The notes below the pieces were generated by a model. It saw only the letters and a program-made list of their open reading frames with translations. It made no database searches and was not told the origin of the DNA. A program made the position numbers and the translations under genes. A DNA stretch of 64,000 nucleotides from Pavona decussata. Its lineage: Eukaryota. Below, in pieces: positions 25,728 through 39,964 of the stretch; position 1 is the first letter of the stretch, and every line of letters starts with the position of its first letter. The stretch spans positions 868,001 to 932,000 of the forward strand of contig CDRNST010000013.1 in assembly GCA_977016875.1 (NCBI GenBank), given 5' to 3'.

Positions 25728-26331
25728 ACCTTGTTTCTGGAGCGGATGACACTGAGCTCACCCGAAGTCAGCGCTTGTAAAAGTTCATAATGATATTGTT
25801 TCTGCAATTGATAACCAGAGTTACTGCCACTTCTTGACCTGTCAGCAGCCTTTGACACTGTCGACCACAAGATTCTTTTGTGCAGACTTTCTTCTCCCTT
25901 TTGTATTTAAGGAAAAGCCCTCAGGTGGTTTCAATCCTACCTTGAAAATCCCAAGCAAGTAGTCAATGTGGAGGGATCTACATCATGTAGCAAAGATCTG
26001 CCATGTGGTGTCCCCCAAGGATCTGTGCTGGGGCCTATACTATATTTGTTGTACACATCCCTGCGTGGCGAGATTGTCAGAAATCATGGCTTGTCATATC
26101 ATTTCTATGCTGACGACACACAGCTATAATGCTCCTTCAAGTTTCAAGATCAAGCGGTTTCAGTGTAGGAAATCGAATCTTGTTTAAATGACACTGATGC
26201 ATGGATGCTTACAAACATGCTGAAGCTAAATAAAGATAAAACAGGGATCCCAGTGATTGGACCACAACACAAAGTCATCCCTCCTATTGAGGGTATTCGC
26301 ATGGCTGGCGAATACATCAAAGTCTCTAGTA
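25677..26331 (+). repeat. Near-identical copy of the (TAT)n + L2 fragment at 10349-11007
   Basis: 25725-26331 aligns without gaps to 10401-11007 (607 bp, about 8 substitutions counted by eye). Confidence 0.95.
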
Positions 26332-27525
26332 GTGTATAGAGCTGGCCTTGTCAGTAAGTTAAAGAGTATGAAAGACGTGGTGTGGTCTGGTGACGGGAGA
26401 TTCGACTCCATGGGCCACTCAGCCAAGTACGGAGTCTACACAATGTTTTCATTCACCATAATGAAAGTTGTGCATTTTGAACTTGTTCAGGTATGAAAGT
26501 TAGTGACTACAGTGCACGTTATACAATATCAACACACAGGCCACACATGGTATCTTCAGATAAACCAAAAAGGGTAGCATAGCCCCTTTAAATTCGAAAT
26601 CTTTTCTATGAAATCCCTTTACTTCAAAATTAAGGTTGGATTTTGTTTGTGTATATTTCAATGATAGTAAGCCTTTGTACACCTTTTTGTAGTCAAACGA
26701 GGTTGGTGGAAGTCAACAAACAGAGCTTGAAGGAGCAAAGAGATGTTTCGGATTTCTGCAGCAGCTTGGTTTGACCATCAGTGTGTTTATCTCTGGCCGC
26801 CACAGAGGATTAGGGAAGTATGCATTCATACCACACATTACTTTGACATTTGGCATGTGGCATGGTCAGTCACCAAGAAAGTTCTATCTGCAAGCAAGGA
26901 CAAAGGCTGTGAGGTTATCAAAGAATGGTCAAAGGGGATCTGCCGACGCCTGTACTGGAGTGCCACTTCCACTTTACCTAAATTAAGCAGCCTGAAACTT
27001 GGCAAACAGAAATCCTTCATGCGGCATGTTGCTAATAAACATACAGACCCTCCTGATGACGACTACAAGAATTGTAATCATGGGGAACTTGAACCTAGAA
27101 AATGGATCAAAATGGGTGAGCTTTTGCTTTGTAACTTTTATTACTGTCAATTAATAAACAAAGATCTATAAGCTTTTGTTATCTTCTTCTTATATTGTCA
27201 AAGCCCATGAGCGATGTTTTTTTAAAAGTGGGACAACATTGTTACGAAATTCTCCATACAGTATAATATTTTCAGTGCTTCAAAGTGCATATTAGTTGGT
27301 TGTTGGATAGGGGGGTGTAAGTGTCTGTATTTAACAGTAAGACCTCTCATGATGCGTTGGAAAGAGACTGGTTCTGAAGTAGATAAGTTTTCAGTTTCAA
27401 ATTATGTTGTTTTTCCTTATTGCACGATTACTGAATTCCCGACAACCAATCGTTACAACACGAACAAGGGTACAAAAAAGTTGGTGTCCGACAGCCTCAG
27501 GCTAGTATATTTTGCTGTAAGGTTA

Positions 27526-30500
27526 TGTAATATCCAGTCCAGTCCAATCCGGAAAGTACATAGCTTGCGCATGCGTAGTGCGCACTGTATCACGCCATCG
27601 CACATGCTTTTCAGATTTACTGTGTTGAAACGAGTTTACTAAATAAAGACCAGTTATTTCATTGGCGACGAGGAGAAAACAGTAGCAAAAGAAGAAGAAG
27701 AAGCCCAGCAACAGTGGCTAGATGAAAGATTCCCTTGTTTAGAAGATATTGCGCATAACTCGTTCGCACAACAAGATGAAACCAACACACGGAGAAACAA
27801 CCGTAGCTTATGCTGCTCGAGTGAGAGAGAAAGGCAACGAGTGCGAATTCGGAACAAATTGCGACGACCGAATCCTGGAACACCTCATCCAAACGACGCA
27901 CAATCGTACGCTAATTCAGAAAGCCATCAACAAGAAATGGAATTTGACACAATTTCTCACCGAAGCTGCCCAAATGGAGGACACTTCACTTCAAGTAAGC
28001 GGCATGAAAATTCCCGAAGATGTAAAGAAGTTAAGTAGACGACCCGGAGAATGGCAACCGCCCTGGAGCAGATCAGGTTACTAGAAGAAGCAACCCTGTG
28101 GATACTGTGGAAAAGTAGGCACTCATCCAAAAGGGAAAAACTGTCCTGCATACGGGAAGAAATGTTCAAAATGCCAGAGATTCAACCACTTTGCAACGAT
28201 GTGTGTAAAGCTGATACACCTAGGGACAGCAAGAGAGGCCAACAGCATAAACCTGAACTGGGAAAATCACACAATGACAAACAGCAGCACCACATCAAAC
28301 AAACCACTGAAGAGTCAACGGACAGCTCAACAAGCTCTGACAATGAGTTCTTCTGTCAAGCAGTTCGACATTTGAAGCAAGTCAAGAAGATTAAATCCGA
28401 TGACAAGGATAGAACCCTGATAGTGAAGATAGACAATGTCAATGTATAAGTAGAGCCTGATAGCGGAGCAGAAGTCAATATTTTGGACGAACATCAATTC
28501 AAAGCACTGACAAACCGTGCCAGTACAAAACCAACACTAGCATCCAGCAGAACAAAGCTGAACACTTTACAGAGTGAATTGTCTGTGAAAGGAGAGTTTA
28601 CAGCGACAATCAGGAACAAAACTTGTGGAACTGTTGCAAGATTTATTGTGGTCAAAGGAAGAATCAACTCCCCTCCACTCATCGTCAAAGACACCCTGCA
28701 AGAACTCGGGATGTTGCAAATCAGGGAAGATGGAACACTCGCTGAGAAGAACGACCTAAGAATCCAAGAAGAAATGTGAGACATCAAAGCTGTTAAGGAA
28801 GATGAAGTTCCGAGTCCCAAATTCAAAGACATTGCTGACAGATACAGCCACGTTTTCCAGGGCATCGTAAAGATTAGAGACAACAAGAATGGTCAAGATT
28901 TCTACGCAAAGTTCAGCATGAGACCAGAGGCAGTACCAGTAGCTCAGAAGCCAAGACCAGTTGCATACTACCTGCAAGAGCCACTCAAGAAATGGTTGGA
29001 ACAGTGCTTAGAAGAAGAGATATTTGAAGAGGTACCTGAAGGGGAACCAGTGACATGGTGTTCACCACTAGTGGTCCAACCAAAGCCTAAGTTCAGTGAA
29101 CTAGACAAAGAAGACCTGGAACCACACATGATCAGAGCCAGCGTGGACCTCAGGATACCCAACCAGTTCGTGGAAAGAAACAGGATAACCCAAAGCACTG
29201 TAGTGGAAGATTTCATGTACAAGTTCCATAACTGCACTGTCTTCTCCAAGCTCGATTTGAAGCAAGGATATCACCAACTCCTACTTGACCCAGAATCCAG
29301 GAAGATCGCTACCTTTGGCACCCCGTGGGGGAACAGGTGGCCAAAGCGCCTAATCTTCGGAGCAAAGTCGCCACAAGACCTCTTTGACGAAGCAATGTAC
29401 AGGATCTTTGGGGACATTCCAAGATGCCTAAACCAGTGACACGACATCCTGTTAGGCGGAACAGACCCTGAAGAACACAACAAGACACTAGAGACTGTTC
29501 TACAGAGAGCCTCAGATTTTGGCGTCACATTCAACCCTGATAAGTGCCAATTCGGTGTAGAGGAGATTGTCTTCTACAGACACCGATTCACAAAGAACGG
29601 ACTGAAGCCAAACCCAGGCAAAGTCAGAGCCGCAACAGAAGCCAGCCCACCAGAGTCAAAAGAGGCTGTGCGTAGCTTCCTGGGGATGACAGGATACCTG
29701 TCAAAGTTTATCCCAAGATACTCATCACTGACTGCACCATTGAGAACTGACCCACAAGGACACAAAGTTCAAATGGGGTACAGAAGAACAAGAAGCATTT
29801 GAGAAGCTCAAAGCAAGCATCACAAGCGAGAGTACTATGGCTTACTTCAACCCATCCAGACCAATAAGTGTGAGAGTAGAAGCAAGCTGTCACGAAGGAC
29901 TCTCAGCTGGACTATTCCAGGAGACAGACAGGGGTCTCCAACCAGTCCATTACATCAGCAGCACCATGACCAACACTGAGAAGAGGTATAGCCAGACGGA
30001 GAAAGACGCCCTCTCAGTTCATTGGGCCAAGAACAGATTCAGCATTTACCTACTTGGTGCACGAAGATTCAAGATCATCACTGCACACAAACCGCTACTC
30101 CCACTATTTAACAAAGCAAAATGAAGCTTCCTCCTCGGATCGAGAAATGGGTGATGGGAATGCAAGATGTCGACTTCGAGCTGATCTACGAACCAGGCAA
30201 GGACGAGGAAGATGACATCCATTACCAGAAACAGGCAGAGATGCTGTGGAAAGAGTAATCAAGCATGTTGTCAATGCAGAATAGGCAGTTGTTATGGATC
30301 AAATCAAGGAAGAAACTCAGAAAGACAACCAACTCCAGAAACTGTCTGCTAGAATACAAACGGGTGACTGGGAACGACACAAGAAGGACCGAGACATAAT
30401 GCCGTTCTACGGAGTGCGACATGAGCTTCATGCAGTGGATGACCTGATGTTCAGAATGGACAGAATCATCATTCCCACAAACCTTCAGAGAAGAGTCATC

Positions 30501-32027
30501 AAAGCAGCCCACCACTTGGGACACATGGGGATGGCAAAGACGAAACAAATGCTTAGAGAGAAATATTGGTGGCCGACCATGAACAGTATGGTAGAACAGG
30601 CCATTAACAAGTGCTATGACTGCCAGGTGACTACGAGACAACACCGAACAGAACCAATCAAGATCACAGAAATACCGAAGAAACCTTGGGACGTTGTAGC
30701 CGTAGACTTCGGAGGACGGTACCCTGACGGCCACTACAACCTGCTTGCCATAGACAAAAGAACAAGGTACCCTGAAGTCTCGAGGACACACTCAACAGCT
30801 TTCCGACCCACCAAGGACAGGCTGAAAACCATATTCGCCACCCATGGCACCCCAAGACAGCTAGAATCAGACAACGGACCACCGTTCAATTCCAAAGAAT
30901 TTGCAGAGTTTGCCAAGACAGAAGGATTCCACCACTATCGTGTGACCCCAGAGCATGCTCGTGCAAATGGCGAAGCTGAAAGTTTCATGAAGCTCCTCAA
31001 CAAGACAGAACAGATTGCTCACCTTCAAGGCGGGGATAGCAATGCTGCCATTCAGGAAATGTTGACAGGCTATCGCTCCACCTCACATCCTGCTACAGGA
31101 GTAACACCATATGAAGCCTTGAGCAAGTGAGGACCAAGCTAGACCATCAGACTAGAGAGAGCAACCATGAAAGCGCTCGTGACTCAGCTGTCAACAAAAG
31201 GGATAAAGAATATAAACAGAAGACCAAACAGAATGCTCAGAACAAGAACACTAAACAGCATAACTTCACCATTGGAGATCACGTTCTACTAAAGCAAAAG
31301 AAGACAAATAAGTGGTCAACAGCTTTTGAACCAGCATTCTACACCATAACTCAAATTGACAGTTCAAGTATAGCAGCTAGGAGGATCACAGATGGACGGG
31401 ACGTGTACCGTGATGCAAGCCAATTCAAGCTCGCAAATGCACTGATCGAGAATGACCCTGACGAGGAGTTTGTAGACAAGGAAGGAGAATCAGATTCTGA
31501 GGAATGGGACAGCAAATTCTTCAAAATGTCAGCCCTCAACCAGATCCGGGAAAGACGGTACCTGACAAAAACCAACTAGCCGAGAGAAACAAAAGCAACG
31601 GGGCAGAGCTGAGCAATTCACCAAAGACACCAGTACCCGAAGCCAGACCCAAGCGCAACCGACAGCGACCAACTTATTTGAAGGACTATGTTTGAGTTCA
31701 AACATTGAACGTTTCCATTGATTGAACATTTGAACATTGAGCATTTCCGTCAACTGGATTTTGAACATTTTCATTGAACATTGGACATTCTCCATTGTCC
31801 TTATTTCCAGTTGAGTTATCAGCCAAGAACATTTGACAGTTTTCTATAGGAACTTAGTTAAGAAAGGGACTATCCCAGAAAAAGGGAGAAATGTAATATC
31901 CAGTCCAGTCCAATCCGGAAAGTACATAGCTTGCGCATATGTAGAGCGCACTGTATCACGCCATCCCACATGCTTTTCAGATTTACTGTGTTGAAATGAG
32001 TTTACTAAATAAAGACCAGTTATTTCA
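27526..32027 (+). mobile_element. Gypsy/Ty3 LTR retrotransposon inside a Kolobok intron; gag partly deleted, pol frameshifted
   Basis: 136-bp LTRs TG..CA at 27526-27661 and 31892-32027. PBS TGGCGACGAG, PPT at 31877-31891, TSD GGTTA/GGCTA. Gag zinc knuckles, protease DSGA, RT LDLKQGYHQ, RNase H YSQTEK, integrase HHCC, SDNGPPF and NGEAE. Confidence 0.95.
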
Positions 32028-35000
32028 GGCTAGTGGGTTTGTGTGGAAATTGTTTTGAGAAAATTTGGGTAGGCTAGAAACTTGAGCTTCTTTGTACCCT
32101 GCAGGTTAAAAAAAATGAAAAATGTTCTTTCCTGCAGGTACTGCTGCTTATGACAAGCTGAAATAATTCTTACCAGCAAACAACTTCTAGGGGACATAGG
32201 AAATCTCTCCTCAGATGCTCAAACAAGTTGTTTAGAGGAATTTCATGCCACCCTCAACCACTGGCATCCAAAAATGATTGGTTTCTCTTGGTTGGGAACA
32301 TTGTGCAGGTACTACTGTGCACCACTTCAAACAGTAAAATGTAAGGTTTTTCAATACATGGTATTACCTTTTTGTACTCAGACATGCCATAGCAGGTGCA
32401 TAACATTAATTATGCTTTCAATCACACTTGCTAAAAACAGTAATATCCTGTGATAATTTTGCACTGGTATTCACCGTGGAAGTACATGTCCACCATGAAT
32501 GTGGCTGTGTGATACCAGACCAATGAAAACACCTACACAAAACAATGACAACTTTGAACTGCAATACATGCATTTTTGTACATTTCTTTAAATCTCTTTT
32601 TTTAAGGCACATCCTTGCAAGCCTCCATTTTAATGAGAACCTTAATCGAGATACTCAGCTATCCAAAGATGGTGAGAAGTACAATAAAGTTACCTACCCC
32701 AAGTACAAACTGGGCGAGGAAGTTGTCCGTGAAGTAGCTTCACCACCAACGCATGGTATGCCAAATTATTTTACATAAATATAATATTTATGAATTAGAA
32801 AACAACAACAATAACAATAAGAAACAGAAAAGTTTTCTCTAGTTTTTTGGTCCCCTTCTTAGGTTTCTCCTTTCTCGTTTTTTCTTTTGAATTTCTTGTT
32901 TGACAAAATAAAGTGAAAACATGGTATGTGAAACATAAGGTGGTTGCTAATAATAGGCTTCAGCTGTATAGTACACTAATACATGACATCCTGAAATAGA
33001 CCATTTTACAGTTCTGTGACATGTAAAAAGGCCTCTCTATGAAAGCAAGGTTTGTAGTGACCTTGACATGATAGAGACCAAAAACTAGTTAGCATAACAA
33101 CTAAAGGATTTGCACATCAAAAGCAAAAAGGTTTGCATCGAAACAAGGTCCCTGAAGCCTCACTACCACTTAAGAGCAACTTTCCCTAACCACCGCGTGA
33201 GGGGCGGCACAAGGTTGGAAAAAAGGACCCCTTGATATTTCGTCCAGAGATAACCTATGGTATGCTAAGAATCGTGATATAAGTTTTAGGTTCTAGAGTT
33301 TTTACATTTTTGAGAAAATTACGTAAAACCGTCGACAACCCGCGAAGCCGAAAAATCACAGAAATGAGGTCAAATTTCATGATCAGATAATCGAACTTGC
33401 GTGAAGGCGCATAGCAAATTATGGTTTTCCTTAGTTTATAATTTTATTTAGGAGGTATTGCTAAACTGCTTTGATGACATTTTAGACTTACAATTATAAT
33501 TCCCAATTCCTGGAGAACAAGCGAAGAGAACCGAAATTTCTAGACTTTGAAAATCAAAAATTCCATACCGTTTTCAAACATCTCAAAACGTACTCGGTAT
33601 TGTGTAGAATTCTTTCAAAATTCATTTCCAGCAAGTACAAGAGCTGTTTTTGAACGTGATATAATTTTTTTTTTGGCAAAAGTTATTTCTGAGGCGAGGG
33701 GCCCCATGCAAGTTGACCCAATTTAACCTTTCGAGAAGATTTTGTTTAACCAGGAAATGTAAACAATTCGATAAGCCTCAGCTCGCTTTCCGAGCAAACC
33801 ATAGAAAAACCCTGCCATTTCCCATTAAAACTACCCAGTGAACCTGAGATAATACTTCGATGCTAGCTTACCTTCCAAATGGGTGTTTGAAGACAAATAA
33901 TTTTGATGTTCTTCGCTAATTTTCCTGTGTCTTGCATGCTGCCGTGCTCAGCCACCGGCCTTTTCTTACAGCTACGGAATTTTTTATGTGTCACCTTTCA
34001 CTGGCTTGTGCAATATTTTTGCAGGACCTGGATCCATGTCCTGTATATAAAGCATCCTCTGGGTATCTATTGAGTTTCGTATTGAATATTTCTAATGAAA
34101 AGAGGCAAGACGTAAAGGAACTAATTGAACTGAAAAATTAACGCAGATCGATGTCACGCAATCTTTACATCTCTGTGATCACGAGAGAGATCTAAGTTTA
34201 AAACAGATTATTACCAAACGCAAATACATCCGCGTGGATATTTTTGTCTCGCTCTTGCTCATTTATTCATTTTCTTCCTTACTAGCATACATTATTTGTA
34301 ATCACAAGCCTATTTTGAAGGAGAGTTCTTTGTAGGCAATACTTTGAATCGGTGTATATACACGCAACACATTTACTTTTCCCATTTTCCAGTGACAGTG
34401 CAACAAACTAGAAATCCCATTTAGATTTACCTCCAAATCAAAATGCCTGGGCAGATCCCTTGCTAATGATATCCTAAAGCTAGTTAAAAAGGAATAGTAA
34501 TATATATCTGAAAGAGGGCTAGTTTATACTGACCGCAAAGCGAGTTTTTGTAATTTGTAATAATTGTATTTACCAATTTGCCCATGCAGGTAAACACGCA
34601 AATAGGTCCCCTTCGTGGCTCATCTAACTTTTTACTACGAATAATGTTCAACAAGATACCTTTTGATGCAGAAGTAGAAGCACGCTTTTATATGATTCTC
34701 AAAAACTATCCTTTTGGAAACTGAACATGATTTGCATTTGGGTTTGCACAAGACATGTTTCTTTTCGTACGAGCAAAGAGCACGTACTGTAAACTGTTTT
34801 CAGAGTTGTCATCGAGAGAGATCTAAGTTTAAAACAGATTATTACCAAACGCAAATAGATCTATGGCAAACGTGGTTTGTTTACCTCTAAAAAAGTTCTA
34901 AATATAGAATTCTCACGGCGTTCGAGCTGTGATCTTCCATCGATCGCCCGATAAGCGAAGCTAGCACGTGCGAGGCTCCTAACTTTTATCTTAAATTTGG

Positions 35001-35244
35001 CAAACTCCACTGGATTAAAATCTTTACAACTTTACAAAGAAATGTACAGGAAAATGAGTTTAGGTCTTTTGAAGTGTATTGTATAACCTTGAGCGCTCAC
35101 TTTGTCAAAAAAAAAAAACCACTTTGAAATCAAAGATGATTGGCCATTATTTACAATTCGGCATCCCGAGTAATTAGGACGCATGTGTTTACTTCTGCCA
35201 AAATTGAGTCATTTGCTCTGCGTCATCGGTTGAAAAACTGGAAG

Positions 35245-37527
35245 ATGGAAAGAAATTGCTCGTTTCAGCGGCTAGTTGGTGGCCAATGCGGTCAAGACCC
35301 TCGAAGCACTATAAAGTCCAAGATTTAGTTCCCTTGCTAACTTGTAACAAAGATATATCACGCCAAAAAGTTCTCTAGGGCTGATGGCCGGCAGCGGCGT
35401 AGACGCTGAAGTGGAACTGATTCTAGCAAGGTCTTCAATTTTCAGTTTCCCTTCCAATATTTCTGACATGGATATTTGTCCCGCTCATCATTCTTCACTG
35501 GGCATTGGGTGGCGAAGGGTTGGCACATTGCCGTATACCAGTCCAGCTGTCGAAGCACGTCCGCAAATCCCGTACTACTGATCGTGGAATCAGTAAAGAC
35601 ATCTCCAGATTAATCTTGCATATTACTGAAATATTTCTTCCAGTCGGCTCTGGTAAGTGTCCATTTGAATATAATCTAAGGACTGCAGTGCTACATTAAA
35701 TTTCATAACATCCAAGTCACATTCGAAAGAGCAATGTTGAACACTAAAATTGAGTTGTTATTCAATATTTACTACTGTTTTATCTTTTTCCAAGGAATAT
35801 GTAGTGAATGTAGGATAACTCTTGGGGAACATGTCAGAGCCGATTGCCAAGACACACAACTTATTGCCCTTTCAGAGAGTATTCATGAGCTTTCTTTGGT
35901 AAGTGCTAGCTATTTTGGGAGTCTCGCACATAGCATTGATTTTATATGTAACTATATACAGGATCAAAGTCTGAATTTCATTAAGTTACCATACAACTTT
36001 GATTCTGCATCGCCCTTTTTTAATCACACTCCCTAATCATCCTTTATAGCGACGCTGTTGTTATGATTGTTTCTAAAGATTTTCAATCACTTATGCCACG
36101 CCTTGTTTTCTATATATTAACATGGAAAAGCCTCATGAACCGTGCACAATATAACAGTTGACGTTGCCGTTCTAGGCTGAGGAGACGACTCCTACTTGTC
36201 CTAAACACAGTACCCCATCTACCCCAGGAGGAAGCTTCTATTTGCCACCTAGCGACGACTCGTCCTCCTCTGAGGAGATCTCCTTTGACAGCACGCCAGC
36301 TACAACAAAGCGGGAACCAAAGTCCAAGACCACTGACCCACTCAATGATTATTTGCGCACTCGAGGAATCAGTTCCATTCGTTCTCGGCTACAGGAAGAA
36401 GCAAGTGAAAGAACACGACGCTACTACGTGCGGAGGGCAGGTCAATGTCTATCTACACTTCTACAAGACATAGCTCCAAGTGATAGTGGTTCTCTCTTCA
36501 AGGCAGTCTCTTCCTCTGGTGTCATACAAAGAACCTTACAATGTAACGGAGAGGAAGCCACAAGCAGCTCAGTCGACGAAACCATGATGAGCGCACTCGC
36601 CGAGTGCTACCGCGCAGCCGACAGCTGGGAGATGCGTCGACAGGTCCTGTCCATTATGGCTGATAAGTTGACACTGAATCAGCTCCGACACTGGATACCC
36701 GATTTCTCTCAGTATCGTTTCACTGAGGCCAGACGCCACTGCTTAGTATATGGAAGGGAGGCACTAGTGCTAGTAGTTCCGACGCCAAGGATGAGAGTAT
36801 CCACTGCTCAAATCGACCACTTCATAGTGTTCATCACTAGTCCCCATATTATCCAAGATTTGCCTTTTGGCGAAAGAATACTCATGTTATCGACGAAGGA
36901 GACTATCAAGGTTCCAAATGTCATACGGATGATTATCCCAGAGCGAATTGCCATCCAGTATATGACTTACTGCCAAGAGTCTGGGTTCACTCCACTAAGC
37001 CGCGCTACCCTTCTGCGGATTTTGAGCACGTGCGCTGCGTCTGTTCGGACATCGGTTCAAGGCCTCGATTTTGTTAGTTCTGCAGGTGCGGAAGCATTTG
37101 ACGATCTGTGTGATGTTGTTGAAACCCTTGAAGATGTAGGACAAGGCATGGGATGGCAGAAACAGCAGGAAAATAATCTACGCGCAAGCAAACGGTACCT
37201 TAAAAGCGACTTTAAGGTGGGTGTGACCCGCGCAAGGCAGATCCCTCCACCTTGCTATGTCACTTGCCCCAGATCTTTGTCTTGTGCGTCCAATATGGCG
37301 TCTGCGATTACACACTCCGGGTTTTCCGCGTTATAAAAACACCCTCTACCACCTGCTAGCAGTTCAATCGAAATACCATTAAATAGCATCATTTCTATTG
37401 TTTTATTTTGTTCAGTTGGCGCTATTTACCGCTAAATATTTGTCAGTTTCATGCTTCTACTGTCCGGCACTCAAAGGCTGATTACTATAAAACACTAACT
37501 CAATGGGCGTGCCAATCGTTCCATACG

Positions 37528-37604
<77 letters not shown>

Positions 37605-39964
37605 TTTATATGGCGCAAATTCAACTATACAGTTTTTAAATGCACCTCACATATATACCTGTATATAATACTAATGAATAATAACAATAGGAAAATCAAA
37701 TCCAATTTTACATATAAAAATTAAACTAACTAACTTAACTTATGTGTGTAAAGGAACATATGATAACAAAATGTTAGAACGGATTTCACTTGACCGTTGT
37801 AGAACTAACCGCAAATAAAATTCCTAACCAACCAGGAGCGGAACCCATTAAACAACAAATCAATCAGGAGGCGAAGTATTTCTGACTTGCGTTTAGCAGT
37901 GACATGAGTAAACGTGCATTTGGGTTTAGTTCGCCATTTGATTGGCTCACTGACAACAGACCAAGACCCTCAATCAATAGGAAAATGAAGTGAACGCAAG
38001 TCTGACAGTCATGTGAAATCTTCTCTATCTTTCTACTTAGTTCTCTTTAAAGCAGCGCTTCTTAGAGTTCTACAGTAGCCAATCACTGCAGGTCATACGC
38101 TTTAAGCGACCCGAAGGAGCCTTCGTTCCAGGCCAGTTGTGATCACGATCACAGTGACGTGTGTGAGCGCTGCGCTACATTGGCGTCAACTCTAAATGAT
38201 AGCGAGGAAGGCTTGATTGCACAAAGTCAAAACATGACATCCAACACGAAGGAAGAACTTGTTTTCCGAGTCAAGAATGCAAAAACCGCTATATTGGCGT
38301 GGAAGTTTCATCTCCTCCGTTCTGTCAATCAGGATGGCGCCAGAGTACAGCTTTTGGAATCGATTGATGAATCGTCTGTTTTAATTGTTCAAGATTGGGC
38401 AATGAAATATCTTCCCCGAAAGTATAGAGAAAGTCAGACCGACTGATTCGGTAAACGCGGGATCCCATGGCATTTAACGGTTGCCACAAGACGAGAGGGA
38501 GGAGAGTTGCAGATGCTAACGTTCGCACACATTTTCAAGTCCTGTACTCAAGACAGCTGCGCAGTCCTTGCCGTTATGGCCGATGTTATTCGGCAACTCA
38601 AGATCACTATGCCCGGGCTCAAGACCGTCTGTTATCGGCAGGATAATGCCGGCTGCTACCACTGCGGAACCACTCTCGTCTGTGCAGCAGCCCTTGGCCA
38701 TGAAGAAGGTGTCAAGATCAGGCGTCTAGATTTTTCTGATCCACAAGGGGGCAAGGCGGCATGTGATCGGAAGGCTGCGACTATAAAGTCACATATGAGG
38801 ATTTATCTTAACGCTGGAAATGATATCGAGATGCCTGAGCAAATGAGAGATGCGATACTCTCTTCTGGTGGAGTTCCTGGTGTTAACGTAGCATTGTGTG
38901 AGACTGTCCAAGTCCCAAAGGTGCTATCTTCAAAGATAGAGGGTATTAGTCAGCTCAGTAATGTCGACTACAAGGAAGAGGGGCTACTAGTTTGGAGGGC
39001 GTACGGTATCGGCGATGGTAAACTCATCCCTACAGACAAATTGCATTGCCCATCCCCATCTGACCTACCGACCCTTGCCGGAGTTACTCGCTCTTGCTCA
39101 AGCATATTTACATCTGTCAAGGAGAGGCGCATAAAAGCATCAGTTCGAGATCCAGATCCACCTGTGAATATCGAAGAGAAAGACAGTAACGCTGCGATCT
39201 TCAGTTGTCCTGAGGAGGGTTGTGTAAAAACATTTGTGAGAAATTCATCAATGCAGCAGCATTTAGACTGTGGAAAACACCAACGTGTTCTTGAGCGATA
39301 TACTCTACTGGATAGGGCTGCTGTTGGATATGCTCAAAGGCGTGAGGGGCAATGCGAAGCTGTTCCCGAGCTGGACGCAGTTGCAGAACCACCATCTTCT
39401 CACGACATGCTACCAAAGGGTTGAGCGCTCAAGTCAAGTGCTTCCCGTAGATGTAGATTTACGTGCAAGCAAAAGAATTACCTGACCGAGAAATTTCAAC
39501 AAGGTGAGTGGTCAGGACAAAAAAGTGATCCGGCATCAGTTGCACGCTCTATGATGTCTGCCGTGGACCCGGAGGGGAAACGGATGTTCCGTAGTGAAGA
39601 GTTTCTGACTGCATCTCAGGTCGCTCGATTCTTCTCCGGACTTGCGGCAAAGAAGTCTCTCTTTATCGATGATGATCTTGTAGAGGAGATTGAATGTGCC
39701 ACCCAGGAGGCGACGATCTAAGAATTGACGAATGAGGTTTCTCAGGAACTTTTGCCAGGACACCCCATCATGTGGGATAAATATAATCTATGCGAAATGA
39801 CCTCAGGAGGAAAACTCAACACGACCAAGTTATCGGTTGCAAAACTAACAGACATTTGCGCCGGGCTTGACATTGCTGTTGATGTATCCATCAGACGTAA
39901 ACAGCCCTATGCAGACAAAATTGAGGAGTACTGTCAAATATGTCTCTGCAAAGCGGATAAGTAA
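35245..39964 (+). pseudogene. Spliced Sola3 DDD transposase with several premature stops
   Basis: Exons about 35245-35652, 35794-35898, 36176-37216 and 38052-39964. Motifs IQDLPFGE, YLKSDFK, QDWAMKYLP, FGKRGIPWH, QDNAGCYH, SDPQGGKAACDRK and C2H2 CPEEGC..HLDCGKH. Stops at 38444, 39422 and about 39719. Confidence 0.88.
37529..37606. repeat. (AAT)n(TAT)n self-complementary microsatellite in a Sola3 intron
   Basis: About 17 AAT units followed directly by about 9 TTA/TAT units. Confidence 0.95.

Noticed and set aside
26257-26496. 79-aa ORF containing GDGRFDSMGH
   Set aside because: The N-terminal part is off-frame L2 duplicate. Only 26332-26490 is a transposase exon.
30222-30916. Antisense ORFs over the Gypsy integrase and similar shadow ORFs over other elements
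   Set aside because: Opposite-strand shadows of real coding sequence with no motifs of their own.
37503-37724. Poly-Ile/Leu membrane-like ORF; also poly-Asn ORFs at 10349 and 25646
   Set aside because: Translations of AAT/TAT microsatellites.
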